NCBI RefSeq assembly: GCF_009914755.1
Contig: NC_060927.1
Origin: the human T2T-CHM13v2.0 reference genome, Homo sapiens
Length of the DNA: 64,000 bases
Direction: 5' to 3' (one strand)
Shown: positions 14,501 to 31,407 of the stretch, in pieces
Numbering within the stretch: position 1 is the stretch's first letter
Layout: each line of letters opens with the position of its first letter
Notes under the pieces: model-generated
Database searches by the model: none
Told to the model about the DNA's origin: nothing
What the model saw: the letters and a program-made list of their open reading frames with translations, nothing else
Made by a program: the position numbers and the translations under genes

Positions 14501-16335
14501 GGCGTGATGACCTCTCTGAGTCATTCGAAGCTTCACTGAAGTAGTAAGCATCTGCAAGAATGCCGTTTGCTCCCTTCAGACTGTTTGAGGCTCGTTTCCG
14601 GTCTCTATGTCGGACTACGATCAGTCTGAGACCTTCGCCCAGATAGAACTGACCCCAAACTGACAAAGGGAAGGTCAGTGCCAGCCTTTGTGAAGGCTTC
14701 CTGGTTGGCCTGAATTTCCTGCTCCCTTCAGGAAGGGTGGGGACAAAGGAGAGGCCCCCCTGGGGGCAAAGAGGGAAATATCAGAGGTTGCCTAAGAAAA
14801 TGCCCTGCTGGAAAACACAAACCCGAAGGGAAGTTTGGGCTGTAACTCTGGTGGCAGGGTGACCAAGCGCAGCTGCTTGAGGAAGCCCTGCTGTGCCTCA
14901 ACAGGATGTAAACTCATTGTGAGCAACACTTTCCTGCTCTCTGTGAACTTAAAGGGCAGAACCAGCAGGTCCTGCCCCAAACAGTCCCTGCCTTAGAGCA
15001 GGGTGGTCGGGATGGCCTGGACAGCCACAGCAATTAAAAAATTGCAACATTTTAAAATTTTAGTCTATAATATATATACAAAGGCTATGTGTATGGGGTG
15101 GGGGGGTGTTTGGGGGCAGGGGGTGTGTATGTGTGTATAACATGATGTTGAAAGGGAACTTGAAGACTTGGTCCAGCTTCTTTTTTTTCAACCAAGACCA
15201 ACTTTTGCAAGGGTGACACTTTTCTTTAGTCCCAACCTGACATACGGTTTCTCCTTGAACACCTTCAGTGGCTCAGACTCACAGGTCCGTTTGTTCCAAT
15301 GGTGGGAACTTCTGAACAGGTCTTCCTTTCAATGAGCAGCAGTCAGCCTCCCCGTAACTGCCACCACGATTCTATCGTCAGAGCTAAAGGGAGCAGGACC
15401 GTGTCCCTTATCACGGCATGCCATCTTCTCCACCTTTGAGGACAGCTGTCATGATCCCCCTGGCATCTGTCCCCCAGGCTGTATCCTCAGTCCCTTCCAC
15501 AGTTCCTTAGGAGACTCAGTTTCCAAACCTTCTACTGAAGACTTCCATGTTTTCTCTGTGCTCAGAACTGTATGCAGCTATCCCGATTCTGTCTAATAAG
15601 GGCAGGGTAGAGAACTCTCACCTGTCGCATTCTAGATGTTGTCCCCAGAAAACTGCTGGCAGCCACATGTCTCATTATGGGTGTATAAGGCACTTGCTGT
15701 CAACTAAAACACCTTTTCACATGAGCAGACACACATGCTGCCATTGCCATCCTGTACTTATAAATTATAAAGGTGATTGATTTAAGCTGAGGGCAAGACT
15801 TCACATTTATGCTGTTAAATTTCATCATTCCAGCCTGTTGGGCTATTTAGGGATCTTTACTGACATCCCAAGTATCAGTTACCTTTACGTCATTCACACA
15901 TATGATACACACCTCATTTATGTCTATGCTGAAGTCAGTGTAAAAAAACCCCAGGCTGTGCCCTCAGACCTCCTGATGACACTGATCTCCTAGAGGGCAG
16001 GCATTCTCTTGATAGAGATGTTTGCCTGCATGGCACTGAGTCCAGCACCTGAAATGTCATCTGCCTCTTGCTTCCCTCCCCTATCCACCGGACCATTCTG
16101 AGACATTTGGCAAATGACACACTGAAACCCAGACTGTGGCTGTAGAATTCTCCTGCATTCACCTTTCAATAATCTGCCCCCAGAGGAAACACTTAACACG
16201 GTTTTGTTGAAACCACGCCAGCTGCACAGCATCACTCCGTCTCTATTTGTTTTCCAGGGGCCAGGATTAAGCTGTTGATATGATCACTTTTAGAATTTAC
16301 AGATATCTCAGCTCCCATACGTGGTTATATGTTTT

Positions 16336-16860
16336 TTGTTTGTTTGTTTTCCAGCAGCACTTTTATTTTTCCTTACACGATGACATGTTGCTGGGGCCTA
16401 TTGTTCTCACATAACAGTAGAAAACCAAAATTTGTTGTCATCTCTTCAAAGAATCGAGAATTGCATACAGAAAAACCTTACATAAATTAAAAGGATGAAT
16501 ACATTTACAGGTGTAAATGCAAACCACTTTCAACTCAGACAAGTAACAGCCCATGGTGTTCTGGCAGAAAACATCAGCTAAGAAAGGAAACTGGGTCCTA
16601 AGTCTTGGACTTTCCAACCCTTACAGACCGGCAGAACAGAAACAACTGGTTCAGGAGCCCTTGCCAGCCTCCAGAGAAATCCCAGAACACGCAGCCCTGA
16701 CGTATTAATACCCTGCACAGATCAGAGACTGCTGGCCACGCAGACTCACCAAGCCACAGACTTGTCTTCCACAAGCACTTTCTTATCTTAGCCACAAAGT
16801 GACCAAGCCACATGTACTAAGGGTTGAAATCAAAGATATGTACAGGGTATTAAGCAAATC
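16336..16860 (-). pseudogene. 5'-truncated processed retrocopy of the gamma-actin (ACTG1) 3'UTR; no coding sequence
   Basis: Minus strand ends ...gtgagaacaataggccccagcaacatgtcatcgtgtaaggaaaAATAAAagtgctgc plus a decayed A tail, matching the recalled ACTG1 mRNA 3' end. 14-bp TSD TGGTTATATGTTTT at 16322-16335 and 16861-16874. Confidence 0.88.
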
Positions 16861-16967
16861 TGGTTATATGTTTTAAAACAACTTCTAAGACAAATTGATG
16901 GCAAGTTTGTGTGAAAGTTTTATATCAAAGTTGTTATAAGAGGTTCCTGAGCAAACCAATTGAAATA

Positions 16968-17305
16968 CAGTCATGCATTGCTTAATGACAGGGATATGTT
17001 CTGAAAGGATGCATCATTAGGCCATTGTGTCATTGTGCATGCATCATAGCATGTACTTACACAAACCTACATGGTACGGCCTACTATGCGCCTAGGCTAT
17101 ATGGTATGGCCCATTGTTCCTAGGCTATAAACCTTTACAGCATATTACTGTACTGAACACTGTAGGCAGTTGTAACAAGTGGTAAGCATTTGTATATGTA
17201 AACATAGAAAAGGTACAATAAAAATTCAGTATTATAATCTTATGGGACCACCATCACATATGTGGTCTGTCATTGACCAAAATGTCATCATGCAGTGCAT
17301 GACTA
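16968..17305. mobile_element. Tigger3a/MER7-type MITE
   Basis: TIRs CAGTCATGCA / TGCATGACT, flanked by TA. Confidence 0.85.
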
Positions 17306-18146
17306 TATTTCTGTCTCAGTAGGGGCATTCATAGGGGAAAAACGGAGTCTAGTTTCAAGATGATTAGGCTGGGCAGTCACTTGGGATTGTAACCTTCATT
17401 CCTCAGAAGGAAGGGGTTCTTGATCTCATTGAGATCTACCAGAAAATTGCTGAAGCCATTTATCAAGAATGCAACTTACTTCCTAGATAGGATTACTCAT
17501 CACATCAGACCCAAAATTTTGCCCAGCTCAGGTTTGGTTCCTCTCCTCATTCCTGGTTGATAATAATCTAGTATGTATACATAATTTAAATGTTATTCTC
17601 CATGAAAAACCAAAGTTTTGTTTTTAATAAAGAAAAATGTCTATCCAAATATAATTTTCAAAAATCTGAAAAGATGACTCATACAAATATAGAATGAATA
17701 AAGCTTTTATTTAATTCATTAATTAAGGAACCAGTAAGATGGTAAAGCTGGTTCAAAGGAAAATTCAAGGAATGGAAATGTGTATATCAGTCAGTCCAGT
17801 GATTGTTGAAATGAATTTCCTAATAGATGCAAAACTGGGTAATGTCCTATAGGGCAAAACATTGTAATCTTTGAGGTGATCTTTTAAATAGCAAAGTCAA
17901 ACGGTGGTACATTCTCCAGCTAATTAAAGAATAATTGAGTGAGCCTATTAAACAGTACCCTAGTATAATTTGGAAAGGCTGCATCTCCATCTTGCCTTAT
18001 TTTTAGGTTTGAGATAATTTTTCTTTACATGGTCATTGCTAAGTGTGCAATGAGATGATACTGTACTGGAAGGAACATACATTGGTATAGTATTTCTGGA
18101 AAGCAGTTTGGCAGTGTGTGTTAAGAACTTAAAAGTTTAATTTTTA

Positions 18147-18438
18147 GGCCAGGTGCTGTGGCTCATGCCTGTAATCCCAGCATTTTGGGGGTCCAAAGCG
18201 GGCGGATCACTTGAGGTCAGGAGTTTGAGACCAGCCTGATGGTGAAACCCCATCTCCACTAAAAATACAAAATTTAGCCAGGTGTGGTGGCGCATGTCTG
18301 TAATCCCAGCTACTCAGGAGGCTGAGGCACGAGAATTACTTGAACCCAGGAGGCGGAGATTGCAGTGAGCCGAGATCACAACACTGCACTCCAGCCTGGG
18401 CGACAGACCAAGACTCTCTCTCAAAAAACAAAACAAAA
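18147..18438 (+). mobile_element. AluS inside an old L1 fragment
   Basis: Consensus match; TSD aacttaaaa...taattttta. Confidence 0.94.
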
Positions 18439-18641
18439 CTTAAAACTCTAATTTTTATACCCTTTGATCCAGTAATTTCACTTGTAAGACTTTATTCCAA
18501 AGAAATAATCAAAAGATGCAATCAAAGATTTGTGTGAAGTGTATAATTATGCAATAAGTGTTTTGAGCACACTATGCAGATGGTCACCACAGTTTTCTTT
18601 TTATTACAAAAAGTTGGGAACACTTCAAATTCCAATAATAG

Positions 18642-19009
<368 letters not shown>

Positions 19010-20226
19010 GTATTTTTTAAAGTTCTTAATGAGGGAAGTCAAGATGTAAAACCATATATTTATTATTATCTCCATTATATACACACATACATGTATACAG
19101 AGAGAAAAAGTAATGAAAATAACCAAAATATTAACAATAAGTATCTGTGTTATAGAATTATGATTGTTTTTTCCCGTTTTCCAAATTTTCTACAGTAAAA
19201 CTTTTGAAGCTTTTATAACCAGGAAAAAAATTTAAAAGTTTGCAATGCATTCCAGAAATAAGTGTCTCAAACTTTGCTAATTTGAATTGTTCATGCCTTC
19301 TCTGCCTGCCTTCTCCACCTTCCTCCCTGGGGCTGGTGTTCCCGGCTTGACATTTTAAACCCTGTAAGTGGAGAGCAGTGGAAGAATGATGCCCCAGCCC
19401 TGAGAGCTGAGGGCGGCCCTGTTTGTATTTTCTTAGGTTGCTGTAGATGTCACAGGGAGTTCCGGGCCATCACAGCCAGGGAACACAGGATGTTGCCAGG
19501 TGTGGGAAAAGGCCTTTAGGGTGGTCAGAGTCCCGAAGGGAGCCTCCTAATTCCCAGTTGGGGAATGGAGATTTCAAGCGAGTTCTTGTTTCCAGGCTGA
19601 GATGAGCACACTTGCCTCTTACCCACTGGCCCAGTGGATCCTAACCTTGGCTACAAATGAGAATCACCCGGGGGACCTTTAAACAAACACTGTTGCCACT
19701 ATCCCACCCACAGTCAATCAAATCAGACTTTGTAGGGGTGGTCCCGGCATCAGTGGTTTTTCAGAAGTTCCTCAACTGATTTAAATGCACAATGGAAGTT
19801 GACAACCACCAGACTGAAGATACCACGTGTGTTAATGGGCCCAATGTATTCAAGGCCCAGTAGTTGGCCCCATCTCCCCTGGTATCCTAAGAACTCTAAA
19901 TCCTTTCTAGCTATTCGCTTGTCAAACTCCTGAGCTTACTTTCAATGGAGCTTACACATTCCCTCCTTCCCTCACATGACCCCAGGCACAGTTAATGGTT
20001 GTTCCTAGAGGACTTTGTCTTTGTTCCTTGGGGATCAGGTGGAGTGAGACAGTATCCCCAAGACTAAGATCTCTGAGGAGAGTAAAGACACCATCTCTGT
20101 GCCTCTGGTTCCTGCTACAGAGTAACTTCCTGATGGTTGCCAAAAGAATGAACAGAAGAATGAATGAATGCAGCGGTTCTTCCTGCCATCTGATAACAGA
20201 CTATTCTTTGATGTTTTCATTTTCAG

Positions 20227-20376
20227 GATGTACAGATTATAGTGTTTCCAGAAGATGGCATTCATGGATTCAACTTTACAAGAACATCCATTTATCCATT
20301 TTTGGACTTCATGCCGTCTCCCCAGGTGGTCAGGTGGAACCCATGCCTGGAGCCTCACCGCTTCAATGACACAGAG
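20227..20376 (+). CDS. BTD: Biotinidase exon 3 (150 nt, phase 0-0), [11 protein letters not shown]...RFNDTE; catalytic Glu codon 20251-20253
   Basis: Acceptor ttttcattttcAG|GAT, donor GAG|GTGATT; nitrilase-family IIVFPE motif. Confidence 0.98.
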
Positions 20377-20698
20377 GTGATTCCTGCCTTTTTCCTCAGT
20401 AGGCTGAGGGTACACAGAGGTGATCTAAGTCAGGGACCAGAAGCTGTGACATGTTAACTAAGATTGATAGGAGACCTTAACATCCCCAAAATCCAACCCA
20501 AACTCCCAAAGATCCATGTGCCACATGTTCATTCCATTAAAGAATGTCTGACGTTACAAGGCAGTTATTCATCTATGGATCTTTCCATTTATTAATTACA
20601 CAATAAATACAGGAATGTATACTTAAACCAAACCAAAAGTAAAAAAAGAAAAGTTCATCTTCACCACAGCCTGCACCTCATCCCATGCCCTTGCTTAG

Positions 20699-21080
<382 letters not shown>

Positions 21081-21199
21081 TTGACATCCTCTTTTTAAGC
21101 ATACTATATGCTTATTCATTTTAAATTTTTGCTATTATATTTTTGTAAACATGTTCAAGTTTTTCTGTAAAATAAAATTTTTAGAAATGAAATCCCTCA

Positions 21200-21376
21200 G
21201 GCCAGGTGTGGTGGCTCACACCTGTAATCCCAGCTACTTGGGAGGCTGAGGCAGGAGAATCACTTGAACCTGGGAGGCAGGAGTTGCGGTGAGAAAGATC
21301 GCGCCACTGCATTCCAGCCTGGACAACAGGAGCAAAACTCTGCCTCAAAAAAAAAAAAAATAATAAAATAAAATAA
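21200..21376 (+). mobile_element. Monomeric (arm-fused) AluS
   Basis: Left-arm start joined to right-arm body; 17-bp TSD. Confidence 0.88.
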
Positions 21377-21537
21377 AGAAATGGAATCCCTCAAAGGATA
21401 TGTACATTTTAAATTATATTAAAGAGTACCAAATTTCCCGCTTAAAAAACTTTGATTTCACTTTACAGCCCCAGTCATACAGTATGAGTGCCTCTTTTTC
21501 CATCCTTTGGTCAATGCAAGATAGAATAATCTTTTGA

Positions 21538-21915
<378 letters not shown>

Positions 21916-22094
21916 TCACTAATGAGATTGAGCATCTTTTGAGATGTTTGTGGGTCACTTTTCTTTGTCCTTCTGTGAATCACCTGTTTATATCCTTTGC
22001 ACATTTTCAGTAGTGGTTGCTTTTTTCTTATTGATTTATGATAGCTGTTTATTATGGATAAATATAAGTACTTTTATATTTAAAAATTGTGAGA

Positions 22095-22250
22095 GCCAAG
22101 TACAATGGTGCACACCTGTAGTCCCAGCTTCTTAGGAGGCTGAGACGAGAGGATTGCTTGAGGCCAGGAGTTTGAGTCCAGCCTGGGCAATGTAACAAGA
22201 CCCTGTCTCTGAAAAAAAAAAAAAAGAAAAGAAAGAAAAAAAAAAGAAGA
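22095..22250 (+). mobile_element. FLAM-like Alu monomer
   Basis: Single left-type arm with A tail. Confidence 0.82.
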
Positions 22251-22273
22251 GGAAGCAAAAGGAAGGATTTTAA

Positions 22274-22594
<321 letters not shown>

Positions 22595-22630
22595 AAAAAC
22601 CTCATTTATTTACACCTTTTTTTCCTCTAG

Positions 22631-23803
<1,173 letters not shown>

Positions 23804-24102
23804 GAAAAGTGTGTGGTCTGTGGGGCGGACTCTGGCCATCATGTTGACAGCCTTGCACTTCCACAGGCTACAAGCCCTGGGACCATCTTTCTGCCTTAAG
23901 GGCAGGAGCCCACTTCTGTGGCACCAGATTCCACCCTGGGAACTGTGGAAAAAGTAGGAGAGGCAGATTCCCTCAGTGTCTTCCTCTTAAACCTCAATCA
24001 TCGAGACATTAGGGGGTATTTTCTGTTCACATTTATCTTTTTCAAGCCACATCTTCCTCTAACAAATCTCTCAGTATGCGATTGGTCTCAAGCTAAAACA
24101 AA

Positions 24103-24108
24103 AATAAA
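24103..24108 (+). terminator. BTD: Proximal BTD polyadenylation signal AATAAA
   Basis: 300 nt after the stop; followed by CA dinucleotides near 24125-24134 and a G/T-rich downstream element (ggcttggggttttt..., 24142-24168). Confidence 0.85.
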
Positions 24109-26765
24109 TGTCAGTTTATATTTTACACATCCACAAAGCAGTGGCTTGGGGTTTTTTTTTTTTTTTTTATCTTGTTGATCAAGTGACACCCAGGACATGT
24201 AAATATTTCATAAGCCTTAAACATTTCCTGAGGTAAGAAACAAGCTCTCAAAGCAAAAGCTCAATTAGAAATGGCCCTTGTGGGGAACCTTCCCATTCTG
24301 GTCGACCAGAACTCTAGCCAGATGAAATGGCAATGCTAGCGCCACCAGCAACGTCAGAAACGTAGACCTTAAAGCGGCTTTTAAAAATAGAAAAGAAGCG
24401 TTCCTCACATCTGCCAGTAATGGAATTTTCTGTCAGTAAATGGAATGTGTAGGCAGGACCTGGAATAACTGGAGAGAGTGCAACGCTTCGGGGTGAAGGG
24501 CGGGTGGGGACTGGAAATGTTGAGACGGGGGCAGCCATGGGAAGGTATGAGTAATAGAATTCTTTCTGTACGACACAGCTCATCCAGGGATTCCAGGGAC
24601 CTTAATAAATCACGGTAGCTTTGGGCAAGAGTTGGGCACGTTGCCCGACAGTGCAGGATGGATTGATGCTGGTATAATTTGATCTGGAGCCCTATAGAGG
24701 ATCTCGTTGCTTTGCAGCGATGCCTGGCACCCCATAGAGATAAGTTGCAGGGACTGCCGTGAAGGGCATGAAGGGTGGCCCACTTTAGTCATGCATTTAT
24801 TCAATCACCCAACAGGCACAGAGCAGGAGCTTCCCATGTTAGGAATTCCAGATGCAAAATTATCAGACTCAATATGGTGAAGACATTTTTAGGCCACTGA
24901 TTTCTGTGTAATTTGTGTCCAATATTTCAAAGCCATTTAAAAAAGGATTTTGACTGCATGCCTAGTAGCTGTTTCAGATCATTTTTTAAGTACAGAATGG
25001 ATAATTAGTCTTCAGTGATTTGCCTCTTAAATGTGGCCATTTAGTTTGAACTCCTTTTTAGTTATTTTAAACAGTATATGCTTAAACATCACACGATTTT
25101 ATAAAGCAAGAAAAATGAAATGATCTCCCTATTCCCCCACGGTGTAGGCCTCCAGATCCTTTTCTGGCTTTTAGGCAGGACAATTAACAATGTGGATTCT
25201 GCAGTCAGACTGATGGGGTTTCCATGCATGGCCTCACCATTAACTCCTCACTGGGGAGACCTTGGGCCTCGGTTTTTTATTCATAGAATGCATGTTGAAT
25301 AAACCATGTGGGAAAAAGCAGAGCCAGCACCAGCCCCTGCTGACTCACTGATCCCTCGGAAAGGTCTGGGATGAGTCAAGTCTTCAGGGAATAAGCAGCA
25401 AGGACTTGGAATTCCTGAGCAAGCCTTGGGTTCCCCACGCCCTAGGAAGTCCCTCTGGAAGGGGAGCAGGACCTCTCCCACCAGATGACGGAGTTTGCTT
25501 TCTCGCCCAGCGCAGCTCCCACCAGGCGTGAGCTGGCAGTCCAGAAGCGGCCCCAGATGTGGCTATCCACCGCCCAGTCTGCTTCCCTGCCTCAAACCCC
25601 AGGGAGACAGAAATTACCTAAAAATGCATATCATTGCCTTATGCCAAGATGATTCAAATAAGCCTGAGAAAGAGAGGCCAGCGCTAAATACAGACTTGGC
25701 AGAACTACTTCACCCAGTAAACATCTAATCAGCACCTGCAGGATCCTCATTCTGCCCTTCTGGGCAGAGCACCACGAACTTTCCCTGAGTTATTTTCTAC
25801 CAACAATTTAGAATGAATTGCTCGTGAAGTAGAAATGAGGGGAAAAGCAACTAATGGTGGTAGAACAAAGTAATTTTTACAATTAAAAGAAGTAGCTGCC
25901 AGATGACAGAACAAAGTAGAGGACGAGAAAATAAATCATTTTCAGGGAAAAAATATATCTATGACTAATGGTTGTGATTATGTTTTTGTCGATTGTGATC
26001 CTGAAACTCAGGAAGCAAATGGCAATCTTGACCACAACATGGAGACAGGAAATCAAATGCATTTTTGGCTAAACCAGACTTGGGGGAAGTGGCTTGGTTT
26101 GCGTGGTTTCTCATGTAGGTGCAGCTGTGCTTTTCTGTGGTTTTTCTCACACGGGAAGTGAGAGGCACAGTGAGCTGTATTCACACTGGATTTAAAAGCC
26201 CTGTTCTTAGAGAGGAAAAAACCAGGCCTCCTCACAGACTGCCAAGTCCCAGAGCCCACCATGTCTGCTCTCAAGACACAGGCCTGTCCAGAGCCCCTGC
26301 TGAGGGAAACCCACCCAGGCCACTTTTCCCCACAGGTGGCCCTGCTTGGTACCTGTGCCCCCACCCCCCAGCCATGGTATATTGAACCAGGAGGAGGCAC
26401 CCAGCCCAAGGCCAGCCAATCAGAGCACTGGCTAGTAGCCCAGGAGGTGTCCCTGCACAGAAGATCTCCTCAGAGAGGACCGATGGTGAGTCGGCCGCTC
26501 TTGATTCTCAATGAAACTCAGAACCGCTCAAGTGAAATGACCACTCAAAGAACAATTTCTCAACAAAGTGGATTTATATAGGACAAAATAGAAAGGCATA
26601 AAAGTATGAAATGTTTTGTGCACAAAGGCCTAGATTTGAGACAAGAGCTGATGTGGCCTGAAGATCTGTGAGTGGGACTGCTTGGGAGGCCATGTTCCTT
26701 CTCAGGCCAGAGAAAGGTCCTGGTCTCCTGGCTTCAGTCTTTCATTCCCTAACCTCCCTTTGAAT

Positions 26766-27785
26766 GTTAGTTACCTATTCCCACATAACAAAGTGCCCCA
26801 AAACTTAATGGCATAAAACAAGCATGGACATTGTTAATTCACCCAGTTCTGTGGGGCAGGAAAGCGGGTCTCTCATGAGGCTACAGTCAAGATGTCAGCC
26901 GAGGTGACAGTGAAGATATCAACCAAGGCTGCAGCCGGTTGAAGGCCTCACTGGATTTGGAGAATATTATTGATTAAATTGCATCTTCCCCAAAAAAGAT
27001 ACGTTGTAGTCCTAACCCCCAATAGCTCAGAATGTGGCCTTATTTGGAAATAGGGTCTTTGCAGATGCAATGAAGATATAAGTTAAAATGAGATCACACT
27101 AGAGTAACTGGGCCCTTAATCCAATATGACATGTCCTTATCAGAAGAGGAGAAGACACACACACAGGGAGAAGATGACCATGTGACAACAGGGGCAGAGA
27201 TCACAGGGATGCCTCTACTAGACAAGGCACACCAGAAATTGCTTGCCAACAAACACCAGAAATTAGAAGAGGCAAGAAACAACTCCCCACACACAACCCA
27301 CCCCTGCAGGTTTCAGAAGAAGCATGGCTCTGCCAACACCTTGATTTTGGATTTCCAGCTTCCACAACTATGAGACAATAAGTTTCTGTTGTTTGAAGCC
27401 ACCCAGTTCAGGGTACTTTGATATGGCAGACCTAGGAAACAAATACAGAGGATCACTTGCAAAATGGCCCATTCACACAGCTGGCACGTTGGTGCTGGCT
27501 GCTAGCAAAAGGTCTCAGCTCCTCACCACTTGGGTCTTTCCATAGGGATAGCTGAGTGTCCTCATGATGTGGCCCCTGGCTTCCCCTGAAGCAAATGATC
27601 CAAGAGAGCACAGGTGGAGCCATGATGTCTTTTATTAACTAGTCTCAGAAGTCACACTGCATCATTTGGCACCATCTTATTGAGTTACACAGGTCAGCCC
27701 TGCTCCCTATGGAAAGAGACAGAGGGTGTTAGATGCCCAGAGGTGAACCTCACTGGGTACCATCCTGCAGGTGGGCTGCCACTCT
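26766..27785. mobile_element. Old MLT1 LTR (-) with a nested MLT1C-like LTR (+, ~26966-27447)
   Basis: MaLR consensus features; inner element ends ggaaacaaataca. Confidence 0.75.
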
Positions 27786-29008
27786 GCTCAATCCAAATCA
27801 CAGCTCTCCCGTTTCTCACCTCCCAACAGTTGCTGTTCCTCAGGCCAAAGTTCACATTCTGCACAGCCTCAGCTCCGCCTGACCTCTGAGCTCACATGAT
27901 GGCCCTTACTGTGAACCTGGGTTTCTGGTCCAGCCATAGCTACTTCTTTAAGCTCCTCCAGTGTGCTGAGCACAGTCTGGCCCCTGTACTGTTGTCTGCT
28001 TGAAATGGCGTCTTCTGATGAACACTCATCCATCCTTCAAGGTCTACTCTCTCATCACAGCTTGTGACTCTTCCACTTTTTGAACTGGTGTTTCCCATTC
28101 CCAGTTCACAGAGCCCTTTCTCATTGAACTATTTATCTGAGTTCCCTCTGCCGGAACATGAGCCATGCCTAGAGTAGCCACCTAGTAGTGAGTGACAGCT
28201 CTGTGCTGGATGCACATAAATGGTCTCCCTTAACTGCCATGAGCCCTAAAGAAGGTTTGCTACAGCTATTTTACAGATGGGGAAAACTGACAGAGAGATA
28301 TTAATGAATTGCCCACATGCAAATATGTGCTGAGTCTTGGATTTGCATCTTTATCGTGACTCCACGGAGACCCACCCTCTAAGACCAGAGCCAGTGTCCT
28401 ATTCATCTTTTGTCTCTGCAGCGTTCAGCATGGCACTGTCTTGGCTTACAAAATCTGCTCTATGCTTGCTGACTGCTGAATGAATGAATGAATGAATAGG
28501 TAGTCACAAAGAATGTTTAGAATGTTTCTCAGACAGGCTGAGAAAAAACACAACGAAACATTATTTCCGTTTGGAAAGTTTTTTTATTTTTGTGTTCAGT
28601 ACTGAAGTAAAACAAAAATCTGAATAACAGCTGCACCGTTAAAAATGAAATTACCAATATATGAACTCTAGGCATCATGCATATATAATTTTTTGTAGAT
28701 AACTTTTCTTCTCATTTTCCTTCTCATTCTCTTCATCTTTTTCTTTTTGTTTGAGCAAAAAAAAAAGAATATATTAACTCGTAACTGGGGAGTCTAAGAA
28801 TAAATTCTCTTCAGCCATTGCTGAATCTAGGGGCTCAAATGGTGTCTCTGGACACAGTATCACACTCTACTCTGCACTCTTCTTTATCATTTTCTCCCAC
28901 AGACAGACTCTCGTGTAGTTGCAACAATGGCCATGACTTCTAGGCTTCATCTGCCCCTCTCAGCAGCTCTAGAGAAGAAGCTCCTCTTTTTACACAGTCC
29001 CTAATTAA

Positions 29009-29384
<376 letters not shown>

Positions 29385-30204
29385 AGGGCTGTGATATTCT
29401 GATCAGCCAGCACTGAGTCACATGGCCACTATTAGGGTGAGGGATGATAGGCTTAGCTCTGACCTGAAATTCATGGATTGAGGGGTGGGGACTGTTTCCC
29501 AGGGGAACACTGGGACAGCGTTACCAGGGGAAGGGGAGTGGGATATAGTTGGGCCAAAACAGTAAATGTCCACGAGGCTTTTTTCCTCTGAGCAGAAATT
29601 TCACTGTGATGCCAGTCAGGTATTGCTGCCGTAAGGGCCATAGCAGGAGGGAGACTGCAAATCTTGATTGAGGAGATCTTAAGAACAGAGTGATTTACAC
29701 AGCTGTGGGCAGGATGTAGGGGAACCCAGAAAGGATAATGCACTACCCAGCGGCCAGCGACAGCAGGAACTATGAGCACCCCAGGCCTGAAGGTGTGAAG
29801 GGCTGAAATGGTTACCAGAAGCAGGAGAGGGAAGCTTATGGAGAGAGCAGGCTGGCGGGAGCAGGGGCTGTGAGAGAGACAGCCAGACCGTAGCGGTGTG
29901 ACAGGCAGAGAGCCAGGCGATCCATATCCTGTCTCCTCTCTCTTCTCCGCTCCTGACTCCTGCTGCGGCTTCCCACTGGCTGGACCCAACAGGAAAGCAG
30001 AGGATAAGAGAATCTGGTTGGTGCTATCTAGAAGTCAGTGTTGGGGAGGTCACAGAACAGAATGGAGAGGGGTAGAGTATGCAGGGAAGATAAATGCAGC
30101 CCTGGCATGGTTCTTCCAGAACATTCTGCAAGCTCATGGACCAGTTCATTTGAGAAGAAATAGAGGAGTTAGGGGAGAGAGAAGCTTCTTAATGAAAATA
30201 ACCT

Positions 30205-31009
<805 letters not shown>

Positions 31010-31407
31010 ATAGTCTTGCTACCAGCACCTTAATCTCCCACATCCAAGTTAAAATTCATCCAACACTCAATCTCCCAGCTATCCTGACTGCTCCTATACA
31101 GGTATCTCTCCCACTATATATATATCAAGTGCTATTAGTGGCTATTATTTGTTGGGTTACACAAAGCCAGAAATCATCTACATCTACTCTCTTTTCTTCT
31201 GGTTTTGAATAGCAAAATGCAACAGGGAGATGTTCTCAGATAGAGGGAGAACAACAAAAAGAAGGGTCCATGCTGAACAAACTTGTTTGCTTTGAAATCG
31301 GAAGTTCTAGAGGAGGTATTCTGACAGTGGCCAGGAAAACCTCCTGCCCGCAGAATTTTGTCTAATCCACCCCAGACAGAGTTATCCAACAGCCTGGTAT
31401 GGTGCAG

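Noticed and set aside
28477-28497. (GAAT)n runs here and near 20146-20170
   Set aside because: Typical L2 3' tails.
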